Under the pieces are notes generated by a model. The model did no database searches. It saw nothing but the letters and a program-made list of their open reading frames with translations, and was not told the origin of the DNA. A DNA stretch of 64,000 nucleotides from Patescibacteria group bacterium (GTDB lineage Bacteria > Patescibacteriota > Minisyncoccia > Phycocordibacterales > UBA918), in contig JAIETH010000002.1 of assembly GCA_019745315.1 (NCBI GenBank), forward strand, positions 32,654 to 96,653. The letters are read 5' to 3'. Shown in pieces: positions 50,260-60,631 of the stretch; position 1 is the first letter of the stretch, and every line of letters starts with the position of its first letter. The position numbers and the translations under genes were made by a program.

Positions 50260-51558
50260 CTAGTTAATGAAAGAATCTGGAACTGGATGCGCAAGACAAA
50301 TTTCTTTGATCTCACTTTTTATCTCTGCTTTTTTATTCGCATCATCTTTATTTCGAAGTGTTTCTATCATCAATTCCGCAACACGTGTCGCTTCTTTTTC
50401 TTTCATATTACGCGTTGTCATCGCAGGAGTTCCAAAGCGAATTCCAGAGGGATCCATAGGACTGCGTGTATCGTCTGCTATTGAATTCATATTGAGCGAA
50501 AGCCCTACTTCGTCAAGCACTGCCTGAGACTCTTTCCCTCCTACACCAAGAGATCCATACACATCTGCAAGAATTAAATGATTTGAAGTTCCTCCACCAA
50601 TCATACGCACCCCCTCTCTGCGGAACACGTCTTCCATTGCTTTTGCGTTTTTAAGAATCTGTTGTGTGTATTTCTGGAATTGTGGGGTTGCTGCCTCCTT
50701 AAACGCAATCGCCTTACCTGCAATCAAGTGCATGTGAGGACCACCTTGGAGCCCTGGGAATACCGACTTATCAATCTTTTTGGCATACTCTTCATTTTCG
50801 CGCGTCAAAATCATACCTCCGCGTGGCCCCCGGAGCGTCTTGTGAGTGGTGGTGGTAATAACATCGAAGCCATCATCAAATGGGTTACGAGCAACCTTAC
50901 CCGCAATCAAGCCTGCAATGTGTGCCATGTCAGCCACTGTGATAGCTCCCACCTCTCGTGCAATTTCTACAAATTTTGCATACTCAAGCTCTCGACTATA
51001 GGCAGAGAAACCAACTAAAATCATTTTTGGCTTCTCACGAAGCGCTGTGGCGCGAAGCTCATCAAAATCAATCTCACCCGTTTCTATATTCTTCATCTTG
51101 TATCGCACAAAACGGAAAATTTTTGCAAGCGCTGTAACTGGATGTCCATGCGTTAAGTGTCCTCCGTGCGAAAGATCCATACCCAATATAGTGTCTCCTG
51201 GCTCAAGGAGCGCGAAGTACATAGCAACATTTGCCGGAGCCCCCGAAAGCGGCTGCACATTTGCATATTCACAATTAAAAAGAGTCTTGGCGCGCGCTAT
51301 CGCAATGCGCTCAACAGCATCGGTAAAATCCTGACCGCCATAGTAGCGCTTCCCTGGATATCCTTCTGAATACTTATTCGTGAACACCGAACCATTTGCT
51401 TCCCGCACCGCGCGAGACACATAGTTTTCACTCGGCACCAATTCAAGACCCTCCTCTTCTCGACGCTCTTCTCCAATAAGGGTATTGAAAACTTCAATAT
51501 CTTCTTTTTCTATCCACGGATAGAGCGACTCTTTTAATTCATGTTCAGACATACGCAT
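50260..51558 (-). CDS. glyA: Serine hydroxymethyltransferase
   Basis: SENY, NKYSEGYPGKRYYGG, TTTHKTLRGPRGG. Confidence 0.97.
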   Translation of the reverse strand: MRMSEHELKESLYPWIEKEDIEVFNTLIGEERREEEGLELVPSENYVSRAVREANGSVFTNKYSEGYPGKRYYGGQDFTDAVERIAIARAKTLFNCEYANVQPLSGAPANVAMYFALLEPGDTILGMDLSHGGHLTHGHPVTALAKIFRFVRYKMKNIETGEIDFDELRATALREKPKMILVGFSAYSRELEYAKFVEIAREVGAITVADMAHIAGLIAGKVARNPFDDGFDVITTTTHKTLRGPRGGMILTRENEEYAKKIDKSVFPGLQGGPHMHLIAGKAIAFKEAATPQFQKYTQQILKNAKAMEDVFRREGVRMIGGGTSNHLILADVYGSLGVGGKESQAVLDEVGLSLNMNSIADDTRSPMDPSGIRFGTPAMTTRNMKEKEATRVAELMIETLRNKDDANKKAEIKSEIKEICLAHPVPDSFIN

Positions 51559-51626
51559 ATAGTTACATTAATAAAACTTTTGTAGCGTACGTCAGATCAT
51601 AGTTTTATAAAAATTACTTTTTTAAA

Positions 51627-51956
51627 TTATCGAACATCTCCATTGCCAACAATCGCCCCACGCTCTTTTCGTGACGCAAGCTTTTCTATATTTTCCTGCG
51701 CAAGCACACCAAGATCAAGCTTGAGTTCAGTTGCGAGACATGCGAGATACCACAATACATCTCCCATCTCAGCACCAACGGTTGCGCGTACTTCGTCAGT
51801 TATAACTCCACCATAGTCTCGTTCAATTTTTTTGACTTTGTTTGCAACTTCTCCCGCTTCACCCGCAAGTCCTAAGGTTGGATACAAATAATTACTGCCT
51901 GCATTTGGATGCATTGCAGTTGTCCATGCCTGCTTCTGATATTCGCTAAAATTCAT
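51627..51956 (-). CDS. MazG-like NTP pyrophosphohydrolase
   Basis: GLAGEAGEV…EMGDVLWY. Confidence 0.88.
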   Translation of the reverse strand: MNFSEYQKQAWTTAMHPNAGSNYLYPTLGLAGEAGEVANKVKKIERDYGGVITDEVRATVGAEMGDVLWYLACLATELKLDLGVLAQENIEKLASRKERGAIVGNGDVR

Positions 51957-52018
51957 ACAAATCTATAGTGTGACACCATTCTACCATGATGTATTTATTT
52001 GGAGAAAACGACGTTCGA

Positions 52019-53530
52019 TCACGCAAAACCAGGGAAAAAGTCCGTACGAATATTGGAGGTTGGCACCCCACTCTTCTGTAGTATCCCTTCAAATGCAGTA
52101 ACCATCCCATGAGAACCTGAGATATAAAATACTCTTTCTTTCAGATCTCCGACCTCTCGTCTCAAGATATCTTCTGTCAGAAATCCCTTATACCCCGACC
52201 ACTGCGAAGAAGCTTCATTTACCACATACACCATCCGAATACCGAGCCCTCTCGCCTCCTCAAAAAGCTCCTTGTATGCAATTTCGTCCTCGCTTCTATT
52301 TGCATAGAAAAATACAATATCCCGGCGCTCTCCTGTATCTAAAAGACACTTGACCATGCTTCGAAATGGAGTGACTCCAATTCCTCCTGCAATAAAGACG
52401 AGTTTTTTCTGTGTATCGGCTGGTAGGACAAAATCCCCCGCTAAACTTGATGCCGCAACAATATCACCCTGCCCTAATTCCATAAGCGCTTTTTTAAAGC
52501 TACTTGATCTGGTCTCCTCAATACGCACTCCGAGTCGAATATCGTCTTCTGTTGGAGACGATGCAATAGTGAAGTAACGGCGCATACCACGCTGATCCGC
52601 ATTTTTATGAGGGAGTGTCCATTCGAAATATTGCCCGGGCGAAAAAGATACTTTTTCGTTGGTAGAAAATACAAACTCAAAAAGATTTTTAGCAAGCTTT
52701 GTTTTTTCTTTTAAAAGTAATTTTAATCGATACTTTGGACTTACAGCATAGGCATATATGTTCCCCACAAAGAGCGCAATTTCAGGAGAAGAATAGAGCG
52801 TCCCAAAAGAAAACTGAGAACCAAAGAGAAGTCCGACCAGTGCTCCATACACAATCTGATGCGTACGTCCCGGAGGTGTCGTCAAAGGCTCAGTCAACAT
52901 GATACTCGCAAAAAACAGCGCTGGCCCTGAAAGGAAAAAAGTAAGTGCTATATCTGAAAGTGTAAATTCGTTATATATACCAAATGTAATACTGGTAACG
53001 AGAGCTGTCCCTAAAAATACCGCCGGAAGCGCGTACCTTCGAAGCTTGCGTACCACCAAAAGTCCAAATGCGAGAACTACGGGAAACAATGCCGCACTCC
53101 CAATCCACCATATTGCTTCGCCACTTCCAAAAAGAGCAAGAGCAACTAATCCAAATACCGCAGGATTAATGAGATGCTTATGCTTATATGCCACCACATA
53201 TTTTGATGCAATGGCGAGAGCTGCTGCTGCCGCAAGTAACATATATTCAGTAGCGGTTTGAGCCGGAAATAAAATAAAGAACAGTATAAATGCAGTTATA
53301 AACGAAGACTCGCTATTGCTTGGAGCATGAAATAATCTCGAACATACTTCGTTAACAATCACTGACACGACAAGAAGTACGATGAGGGAGGTGACAAGTG
53401 GTACCAGTCCAAACGAAAGAAAGCCTAACGCCGACAAAACGCAGGCATGGACGAGAAGTGCTACAAGACCATACAACACCAGTCGGTACATGGTGATCCT
53501 GTTAAGAAAAGCATCAATGAATGTAATCAT
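52019..53530 (-). CDS. NqrB/RnfD-like membrane domain fused to FAD/NAD(P) oxidoreductase
   Basis: HLINPA and MLTEPLT in the TM region; RYFTIAS, IAGGIGVTPF. Confidence 0.85.
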   Translation of the reverse strand: MITFIDAFLNRITMYRLVLYGLVALLVHACVLSALGFLSFGLVPLVTSLIVLLVVSVIVNEVCSRLFHAPSNSESSFITAFILFFILFPAQTATEYMLLAAAAALAIASKYVVAYKHKHLINPAVFGLVALALFGSGEAIWWIGSAALFPVVLAFGLLVVRKLRRYALPAVFLGTALVTSITFGIYNEFTLSDIALTFFLSGPALFFASIMLTEPLTTPPGRTHQIVYGALVGLLFGSQFSFGTLYSSPEIALFVGNIYAYAVSPKYRLKLLLKEKTKLAKNLFEFVFSTNEKVSFSPGQYFEWTLPHKNADQRGMRRYFTIASSPTEDDIRLGVRIEETRSSSFKKALMELGQGDIVAASSLAGDFVLPADTQKKLVFIAGGIGVTPFRSMVKCLLDTGERRDIVFFYANRSEDEIAYKELFEEARGLGIRMVYVVNEASSQWSGYKGFLTEDILRREVGDLKERVFYISGSHGMVTAFEGILQKSGVPTSNIRTDFFPGFA

Positions 53531-53574
53531 TGGAGTATTCTACCAGATCCTTTTTGTTCCATTAAAATACAGCA

Positions 53575-54456
53575 TCATCCTGCGCTAAAAAATTCTCCAG
53601 GAAATTGTGGTGAGTATCTCATGTTCATACCATCCTCCAGAAGGGCCCATTCGAAAGAAAAATGTTGACTCAGTGTCTCGGGAGAGACAAAAAATAATGC
53701 CGTGGTGAGCATATCTGCAAGAAATGTTGTGTCAGCAACAACCCACACAGCTACAATGTGTTTTGGAGAAAGGAGTAATACAGGGTCAATAATATGGTGA
53801 AAGTCTCCCCATGACCTTCGCGATCCAGCTGAACCGCAGATACTTTTGTTTACAATATGGGCTACACCCACCACCTCGGTGAGATTAAGAGGGTTTTCTA
53901 GCCCTACCTTGAGAGGTGTTGATTCACTAGAGCGCACTCGTATATCACCCCCGGCGTCAACCACATATGACGCAACGCCATAATCCTCGATCACCGCACT
54001 AACCAAATCTATGAGATGTCCTTTTCCAGCCGCACCAACATCAATCATAGTGGGTCTGTGAACGGTAAGCACGCTGTCTTTATACGAAAGAACTTCATCC
54101 CATAGATATGCAGGAGTTAACGGTTCTTTTTGTGTAAGAGAATACTCAGCATCGTAGCCCGCTGCCACAAGCACGTCCCCTATTAAAGGAGTGACCTTAC
54201 CTTCTGTGATGTCATATATTTTTTTATACAACGAAAACAACTCTTCTGAATCCTGAGGAAGTACGTAACTACCCGCCTCTTTTGAAGCATGAGTAACAAT
54301 AGAGTCAGGCCGAAAACGAGAGTATGCTCGATCGTATGCACTAATACGAGCACAAATTTTTTCTAATAAAGAATCTTCGTGCTCTACGGAAAGGCTGTCG
54401 CGTATATCAATACGCCACTTCGTTCCTATCGCATCAAAGGCGAATGATGCTGCCAT
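53575..54456 (-). CDS. apbE: FAD:protein FMN transferase
   Basis: SRFRPDS, DVGAAGKG, DAGGD, HHIIDP, ADMLTTA. Confidence 0.9.
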   Translation of the reverse strand: MAASFAFDAIGTKWRIDIRDSLSVEHEDSLLEKICARISAYDRAYSRFRPDSIVTHASKEAGSYVLPQDSEELFSLYKKIYDITEGKVTPLIGDVLVAAGYDAEYSLTQKEPLTPAYLWDEVLSYKDSVLTVHRPTMIDVGAAGKGHLIDLVSAVIEDYGVASYVVDAGGDIRVRSSESTPLKVGLENPLNLTEVVGVAHIVNKSICGSAGSRRSWGDFHHIIDPVLLLSPKHIVAVWVVADTTFLADMLTTALFFVSPETLSQHFSFEWALLEDGMNMRYSPQFPGEFFSAG

Positions 54457-54461
54457 ACAGC

Positions 54462-55013
54462 TTACGCTTTTGCGTCTGCTTGGATTTTCAATACTGCATC
54501 GTTAAACCCTTTTGGTGTAAGAGACGATCCAGAAACCTTATCAAGAGAAACTTCAGAGAGCTTTTTCCCTACAACCTGTACTCCAAAGCCAGCAACAAAC
54601 TGTGTCTGAAACTTCTGAGACGCTGCATTCGTTGCCAACACCTCACCTGTCGCTGCAACGATTACATCATCCTTAATAGTAAGAGTAATACCAACTGTTT
54701 CTTTTCCAGCAGGAGATGTATACGCACCCTGTGTCGTATACATACCGTCCTTAAACACAGACGCCTTTACAGTAGCTGTTTCAACCTGCTCTTTGGTAAC
54801 AGGTGTCGGTGTCGGCTGTGGACTGGTTGGAGCTGTAGAATCATTTTCTTTTGTAGAAGTGGTTGGAGTCGAGGTCGATGCTGTAATAGGAGCATCGACC
54901 TTTTTAAAGTATGCAAAGCCACCCACTGCAACAATCAGAGCTGCGGCGAGCGCCAGACCAAAAAACTTTGTATTCGAAGGAGTACCTGATACTGATGTAT
55001 TTTTTTCATCCAT
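54462..55013 (-). CDS. Membrane-anchored FMN-binding protein
   Basis: TM, Thr/Pro linker, KDGMY, VSGSSLT flavinylation-like motif. Confidence 0.82.
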   Translation of the reverse strand: MDEKNTSVSGTPSNTKFFGLALAAALIVAVGGFAYFKKVDAPITASTSTPTTSTKENDSTAPTSPQPTPTPVTKEQVETATVKASVFKDGMYTTQGAYTSPAGKETVGITLTIKDDVIVAATGEVLATNAASQKFQTQFVAGFGVQVVGKKLSEVSLDKVSGSSLTPKGFNDAVLKIQADAKA

Positions 55014-55092
55014 ATATTTATATTGTTATTACAATGCCTGTTTCATCTTCATTTTTAATACGCCCTATCACCAGCAAAATTTCACAGACAAA

Positions 55093-55296
55093 CTATATCA
55101 GACCCTCGAGAGATGCGGTATAGCTACTGAGAAATGCGGGAAGCGCAAAGACAAGGCCTATCGCTGGCAATACTACGAGAGCCACTGTTACCCACATAAC
55201 AACAAGAAAGTACTTTCGTGTTTTTTCAACAGACTCATAGATGGCCTCTATTTTTGCTTCCTGTGCTTTTAGTCTCTCTAAGATTTCATTTTCCAT
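55093..55296 (-). CDS. Small membrane protein
   Basis: 67-aa ORF: coiled segment plus TM. Confidence 0.65.
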   Translation of the reverse strand: MENEILERLKAQEAKIEAIYESVEKTRKYFLVVMWVTVALVVLPAIGLVFALPAFLSSYTASLEGLI

Positions 55297-55310
55297 ATAC
55301 CCTCACAAAG

Positions 55311-55982
55311 TTAGTGTTTTTCTAAACCTTCAAGCAGTTCTTTGGTTGTGCGCAATAATTCTTCTTCATACATCGGGAGCTTAAACGAGTGATCTGCGCC
55401 TTCTATAACCCTCAATACACCTCCGGTCGCAGAAGCAATAATTTTTTCTGAGTTAGCAAGCGGAATCACTGAATCAGTAGTTCCGTGGATAATGGCAATG
55501 AGAGCATCGTCTGTTTGTATATCCTCAAAGCTCATTTGAATATCGAGGAGATTTTTTATTTCTTTGAGCTGTGTAGTAAGAAGAGACGAGATATTTTCCT
55601 TTTCACTCACCCCAATTGCAGGGGCCCACATGATTTTTCCAGTAATGTGCGGATGCTCATATGCGAGAACCAAACCTCCACCAAAGCTTTTTCCAATAAG
55701 CACTATTTCTTCAAAGCCATTGTGGAGCAAGTATTCTACTGACGCCTCCATTTCTGAGTAGAGCTGTTTCAATGTCTTGGTCTGCACATCCGCCTCCCCC
55801 TCCCATGCGTGCATACGTACAGACGTATGACCCAGACCAGTTATTATCTGGGCCAAAGGAGCAAACCGATCACTCAACGCTCCACCACTAATACCAGGCA
55901 GAAATAGAACAGCTACATCACCTGCAAACTCTCCTTGTTCCAGTAAAAGGGTCGAACTCCCAACACTAATCTCTTTTCTCAT
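55311..55982 (-). CDS. Alpha/beta hydrolase
   Basis: GKSFG, HGTTD, GADH triad motifs. Confidence 0.85.
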   Translation of the reverse strand: MRKEISVGSSTLLLEQGEFAGDVAVLFLPGISGGALSDRFAPLAQIITGLGHTSVRMHAWEGEADVQTKTLKQLYSEMEASVEYLLHNGFEEIVLIGKSFGGGLVLAYEHPHITGKIMWAPAIGVSEKENISSLLTTQLKEIKNLLDIQMSFEDIQTDDALIAIIHGTTDSVIPLANSEKIIASATGGVLRVIEGADHSFKLPMYEEELLRTTKELLEGLEKH

Positions 55983-56046
55983 GTTCGTAGTATACCAAGG
56001 AGTATCGCTCAAAGTGATATTGGCAGAGCAATTTCTCTAGGGTATT

Positions 56047-56940
56047 ATGAAGCCAATGAAACCCTACACAGAGCGAACTCCTGACGAACAGTACAAAAAT
56101 CTTCTCCGAAGCATTCTCGAAAAAGGCACCCGTGTAGAAAGTCAGCAGGGTCCTGACGCACTCACCTTCATAGGACCAACCCCACTTCATTTCAAATTTG
56201 AAAATGGTTTTCCCATGATCACTGAGCGGAGCGTAAAAGGGTTTTGGAAACAAGCTATTGGAGAAATTTGTGGCTTCATAAACGGAGCTCGAACACTCAC
56301 AGAACTTGAATCATTTGGATGTAATTTCTGGACACCGTGGGGCACTCCCGAAAAATGTGCGAAGCGCGGACTTGAAACAGGAGACCTTGGACCCGGCTCA
56401 TACGGAGCTGCTTTTCATGACTTCCCTACAAGTGAAGGCGTTCCATACAATCAATTTCAAAACATTATCGAGCAAATAAAAGAATTTCCTCATTTGCGCA
56501 CACACTTTATTTCTCCGTGGATTCCACAATATACAATTCGAGGCACTGGTAAACAGCAAAAAGTAGTGGTCTGTCCGTGTCACGGCTGGATTCATATTCG
56601 AATACTCAACAACAAGTTGACGCTCCACATGTTTCAGAGATCAGCCGACGTTCCCGTAGGTGTTCCTTCAAATATGATTCAGTACGCAGCATTAACCATG
56701 ATGATTGCGCAAGCAACAGGATTTGAGGCATACGAATATGTACACAGTTTTTCTGATGCGCATATTTATGTAGACCAAATACCTATGGTTGAAGAATTGA
56801 TTGCACGAGAAACAAAACCGTTCCCTACCGTAACATTAACAAATCCAACAAACGATCTTTTTGCATTCCGCAAAGATGATTTTGAACTTGCCGACTATAC
56901 TGCAGGAGAATCGATGCGAGGAATACCCGTCGCTGTATAA
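56047..56940 (+). CDS. thyA: Thymidylate synthase
   Basis: PCH, QRSAD, PSN, DAHIY. Confidence 0.92.
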   Translation: MKPMKPYTERTPDEQYKNLLRSILEKGTRVESQQGPDALTFIGPTPLHFKFENGFPMITERSVKGFWKQAIGEICGFINGARTLTELESFGCNFWTPWGTPEKCAKRGLETGDLGPGSYGAAFHDFPTSEGVPYNQFQNIIEQIKEFPHLRTHFISPWIPQYTIRGTGKQQKVVVCPCHGWIHIRILNNKLTLHMFQRSADVPVGVPSNMIQYAALTMMIAQATGFEAYEYVHSFSDAHIYVDQIPMVEELIARETKPFPTVTLTNPTNDLFAFRKDDFELADYTAGESMRGIPVAV

Positions 56941-56944
56941 AAAT

Positions 56945-57397
56945 ATGCCTCACGAATCTAAAGTTGGTCTTAACCACAGAAACGCTCGAACCGAGGAACA
57001 AAAAGCTCTCATGGCAAAGATAGAAGCTGACGGTGTATGTCCTTTTTGTGCAGAGCATTTTAAAAAATATCATCCCAAGCCCATTCTGCGAGAAACTGAC
57101 TATTGGTTTGTTACAACAAATATGAGTCCGTATGAAGGAACGCAGCATCATTTCCTGCTCGTATATAAGCCATTCCACGCAACCCTTCCCGAACAAGTTG
57201 TCAGAGAAGCACAAACAGATCTTTTTGCATCCATTGAATGGATAATGAAAACACACCACATTATGGGAGGATCTTTTTTTATGCGCTTCGGTGATATGAA
57301 ATACACCGGCAGCAGTGTGGAGCATCTTCATGCACACCTCATCGTAGGCGACGTTGATGCGCCAGACCATCAACCTGTAAAAGTACGTCTTGGCTAA
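56945..57397 (+). CDS. HIT family hydrolase
   Basis: CPFC…HLHAH. Confidence 0.85.
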   Translation: MPHESKVGLNHRNARTEEQKALMAKIEADGVCPFCAEHFKKYHPKPILRETDYWFVTTNMSPYEGTQHHFLLVYKPFHATLPEQVVREAQTDLFASIEWIMKTHHIMGGSFFMRFGDMKYTGSSVEHLHAHLIVGDVDAPDHQPVKVRLG

Positions 57398-57476
57398 ACC
57401 TTAACAGGTTTTTTAAAAGGTTGACTTTTTTTGTTTTTTATTGCACTCTCAATCTTGGATTCAAAAGGAGGACCCG

Positions 57477-58019
57477 ATGCCCGCATGTGACGCCCCCACC
57501 CTGCTCACCCCCGAACAACTGTTCTGCCTCTGCGGATGCCGCAGCTATAAGCAGTACTACGAGATGCGGAAAGGCTTCGAGTCTGGAGCTTGTGCTTTCT
57601 GCCAGATCGACAAGGGGCTCAACCAAGTGCTTTTCGAGAACGATTTTTGGCTGATCTGGGAGGTTCCCTCGCAATTTCTGCGTAAGGAACTTGCCCTCCA
57701 TCTGATGATCGTCCCGAAGCAACACGTTCGGTTCCCTTGGGAACTTCCTGCAGAAGCTACGCGCGCGAAGTACGCGTGCTGGGAGTGGATCGAGGAACAC
57801 TACGCTGACCGGATCGAGGGCGGCATAATTGCTACCCGCATTGGAGACATGCGGCTCAATGCCGGCACGGTGCCGCACATGCACACCAACGTGTATGTGC
57901 CGAAGGGTACCGCTGAATTTCGGATTCCTGTTTTTAAGGATCCGAGTGACGCCGCGGAGAACGCTCTGCGTGCCGCAGAATTTTCGACACGATACGAAGC
58001 AGGTGAAGTGCCCGCCTAA
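57477..58019 (+). CDS. Second HIT-like protein (GC-rich cassette)
   Basis: CAFC…HMHTN (third His replaced by Asn); AAGGAGG SD. Confidence 0.8.
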   Translation: MPACDAPTLLTPEQLFCLCGCRSYKQYYEMRKGFESGACAFCQIDKGLNQVLFENDFWLIWEVPSQFLRKELALHLMIVPKQHVRFPWELPAEATRAKYACWEWIEEHYADRIEGGIIATRIGDMRLNAGTVPHMHTNVYVPKGTAEFRIPVFKDPSDAAENALRAAEFSTRYEAGEVPA

Positions 58020-58041
58020 CGCGAGGCACATCTGGACAGGA

Positions 58042-58914
58042 TTACTCCTGTCCTTTTTTTATATCAACAAAAACAAGTTCTACTCCTGCCTCTTTCAAAA
58101 ACACATCTCCCTCTAAGACTGCATATCCTTTACTAAACAGAACTTTTTTAATTCCCGCTTTTACGATAAGGCGCGCGCAGTATGGACATGGAAAATCTGT
58201 GACATAGAGCTCGGCTCCTTCAGTCGACACCCCTCTCCGAGCCGCCTCCCCGATAGCTGCCACCTCCGCATGTGCTGAAGTTACATAATTAATATGTACT
58301 CCTTTTTTAAATAACGCACGTGTATCCCCGAGTATATTTGGCATCTGCGCTTCTGGCATATGCTCATTATGCGTAACCACAATAACCTCGCCATCCTTTA
58401 CAAGTGCAGCACCAACCTGACGCCACCAATCAAAGCTCTTTGTTGATTCAGAAATAACTTCCCCGAATATTTTTTGCTCAAGATCTGAAAGTTGAACCGT
58501 TTCTTGATGAAGTGGAACAACATCTTCCCCTATATTGTCTTTATTCCATCGCAAGAAAATATCACAGTACTCTATATTCTTTTGAGGAAAATATGTCGTA
58601 GCAATAAAATGACTTATGTCTTCGTTTGGCATCATAATACCAACCTCTTCTTTTTGAAGCTCTTCTATGGTTTTAGAATCCAAGATCTCCATCCTAAACG
58701 AGCGCATGCTCGATATAGCAGCCACAATGGAAGCGCTCGGCAACGCACGAATTCGATCTTTTCGATTAATATAATCGAGCTCGGTGTGTGATTCTAAGAC
58801 TTCATCTGAAACTATGTAGAGCTCTGCAACTCCTTGCTTTGAGAGTTCATTAAAAAAATCGATATACCCTTTGTGGAGTACGGGTACATATGCGACACCA
58901 ACAATCCTGCTCAT
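58042..58914 (-). CDS. dCMP deaminase with N-terminal nucleotidyltransferase-like domain
   Basis: HAE…PCPYC deaminase motifs; N-terminal LHKGY resembles HxGH. Confidence 0.85.
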   Translation of the reverse strand: MSRIVGVAYVPVLHKGYIDFFNELSKQGVAELYIVSDEVLESHTELDYINRKDRIRALPSASIVAAISSMRSFRMEILDSKTIEELQKEEVGIMMPNEDISHFIATTYFPQKNIEYCDIFLRWNKDNIGEDVVPLHQETVQLSDLEQKIFGEVISESTKSFDWWRQVGAALVKDGEVIVVTHNEHMPEAQMPNILGDTRALFKKGVHINYVTSAHAEVAAIGEAARRGVSTEGAELYVTDFPCPYCARLIVKAGIKKVLFSKGYAVLEGDVFLKEAGVELVFVDIKKGQE

Positions 58915-59438
58915 GAGCCGTCTTTACTAATTTGTATCAAACGTATTTTTGCACTTGTTGAAGTAGACGATTGAGGTTCAAGTACTATGATTTCCCCACA
59001 ATACTCGCGCTTATCATCAACCTCTTCATCATCATGCTTCGTAGATTTTGACACTACTAAAATATCGGGTCGTACAAGTTTAATGAGGTGATTTTTTGGA
59101 TCAGATGCTTTTTTAAGTGTCAGCACATCAGCATGTCGCACGTGTGAAATAATAGCTACTCGCTCATCTTCTGGAACGATTGGTCTCCCTGGACCTTTTC
59201 GCTCCCTCACCTTTTCATCACTATCAACTCCCACAATAAGTAAATCTCCGAGACTCTTTGCTTTTTCAAGATACTGAGCATGACCCACATGAAAGAGATC
59301 GAATGTTCCTGAGGTAAGGACGATACGGAGTCCGAGCTTTTTCCAGTAGACCACAAGCTCTGCGAGACGATCATGATCAGCGATAAAGCGGTGTTCAAAG
59401 CTTGTAGTATCTCCAAAAATTCCTGTATTAATTGCCAT
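58911..59438 (-). CDS. Cytidylyl/adenylyltransferase (RfaE-II/TagD-like)
   Basis: GTFDLFHVGH, VGVDSD, KGPGRP, STS. Confidence 0.88.
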   Translation of the reverse strand: MAINTGIFGDTTSFEHRFIADHDRLAELVVYWKKLGLRIVLTSGTFDLFHVGHAQYLEKAKSLGDLLIVGVDSDEKVRERKGPGRPIVPEDERVAIISHVRHADVLTLKKASDPKNHLIKLVRPDILVVSKSTKHDDEEVDDKREYCGEIIVLEPQSSTSTSAKIRLIQISKDGS

Positions 59439-59526
59439 ATGCGTTTTTATAGGAGCAGTATAGCGTGAATTATTTTGATTCAGAAGCCAGGACAAAGACA
59501 GATCATTGTGTCATAATCATTCCTAT

Positions 59527-60015
59527 ATGAAACCTCGTGTGAGTATTATTGCTGCTATTGGAAGAAATCGAGAGCTTGGCAAAAGCGGCGATCTTATTTG
59601 GCGCATACCAGCTGACCTCAAGCACGTGAAAGACCTCACGATGGGTCACCCACTCATCATGGGACGAAAAACGTATGAATCCATTGGACGACCTCTGCCA
59701 GGGAGAACCATGATTGTCGTTACCAGAAACGCCATGGAAATTGAAGGGTGTATCGTAAAAAACTCACTTGAGGACGCTCTCACAGAAGCAAAAAATATTG
59801 ATCCAAAAGAGGTTTTTATTTTTGGGGGAGCACAACTGTATGAACAGGCCTTAGCAATAACTGATCGCCTATACCTAACACGTATTGATACAGAAGATTC
59901 CGAAGCAGATACCTTCTTCCCTCCCTATAAAGACACATTCATAAAAGTCATGGAGTCAGAAACGCATACAGAAAACGGACTCACGTACGAATGGATAATT
60001 CTTGAGAGAAACTAA
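59527..60015 (+). CDS. folA: Dihydrofolate reductase
   Basis: IMGRKTYESIGRPLPGR, IFGGAQLY, DTFFP. Confidence 0.95.
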   Translation: MKPRVSIIAAIGRNRELGKSGDLIWRIPADLKHVKDLTMGHPLIMGRKTYESIGRPLPGRTMIVVTRNAMEIEGCIVKNSLEDALTEAKNIDPKEVFIFGGAQLYEQALAITDRLYLTRIDTEDSEADTFFPPYKDTFIKVMESETHTENGLTYEWIILERN

Positions 60016-60054
60016 CAAAAAACCGCGCCTCATCGGCGCGGTTTTTTGTTAGTT
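60010..60054. terminator. Bidirectional terminator (20-bp perfect inverted repeat)
   Basis: aactaacaaaaaaccgcgcc-tcatc-ggcgcggttttttgttagtt. Confidence 0.85.
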
Positions 60055-60156
60055 AATTATTTTACTTCCACCCTCTACGAGGGCAGTTCGGGTTGTATGA
60101 CAAAATTAAAACCGCCCAAAGGCGGATCTAATTTGTCGACAACCCCGTTGAAGTAA

Positions 60157-60579
60157 TTATTTTACTTCAACGCCCATTGAACGTGCAGTACCTTCAATAA
60201 TACGCATTGCAGCTTCTACTGATCCGGCATTGAGATCTGCCATCTTCTCTTCAGCAATTGCCTGAACCTGCGCCTTTGAAAGCGTTCCTACCTTAGACGA
60301 AAGATTCTTTCCTGAACCACTCTCCTTTCCAATCGCCTTAAGAATAAGACGAGATGCTGGAGAAACCTTTGTTATGAAATCAAACGTACGGTCATCATAT
60401 ACGGAAATTTCAACTGGGATAATTGAACCCATTTTATCGCGTGTACGCTCGTTAAATTGATTTACGAACTCACCGATATTAACTCCAGCCTGACCAAGAG
60501 CAGGACCTACAGGAGGCGCTGGAGTTGCCTTTCCGCCAGCGATCTGGAGCTTAAGCTTTTTTACTATTTTTTTCGCCAT
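60157..60579 (-). CDS. rplK: 50S ribosomal protein uL11
   Basis: [19 protein letters not shown]. Confidence 0.98.
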   Translation of the reverse strand: MAKKIVKKLKLQIAGGKATPAPPVGPALGQAGVNIGEFVNQFNERTRDKMGSIIPVEISVYDDRTFDFITKVSPASRLILKAIGKESGSGKNLSSKVGTLSKAQVQAIAEEKMADLNAGSVEAAMRIIEGTARSMGVEVK

Positions 60580-60631
60580 ATTTATTGTGGTGTTACTATA
60601 CTGATTTTTTGAAATTGAGCAAGGACGCCTC

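Noticed and set aside
56047-56064. MKP-MKP duplication at the thyA start
   Set aside because: Only 9 nt; too short to separate from chance or an alternative start
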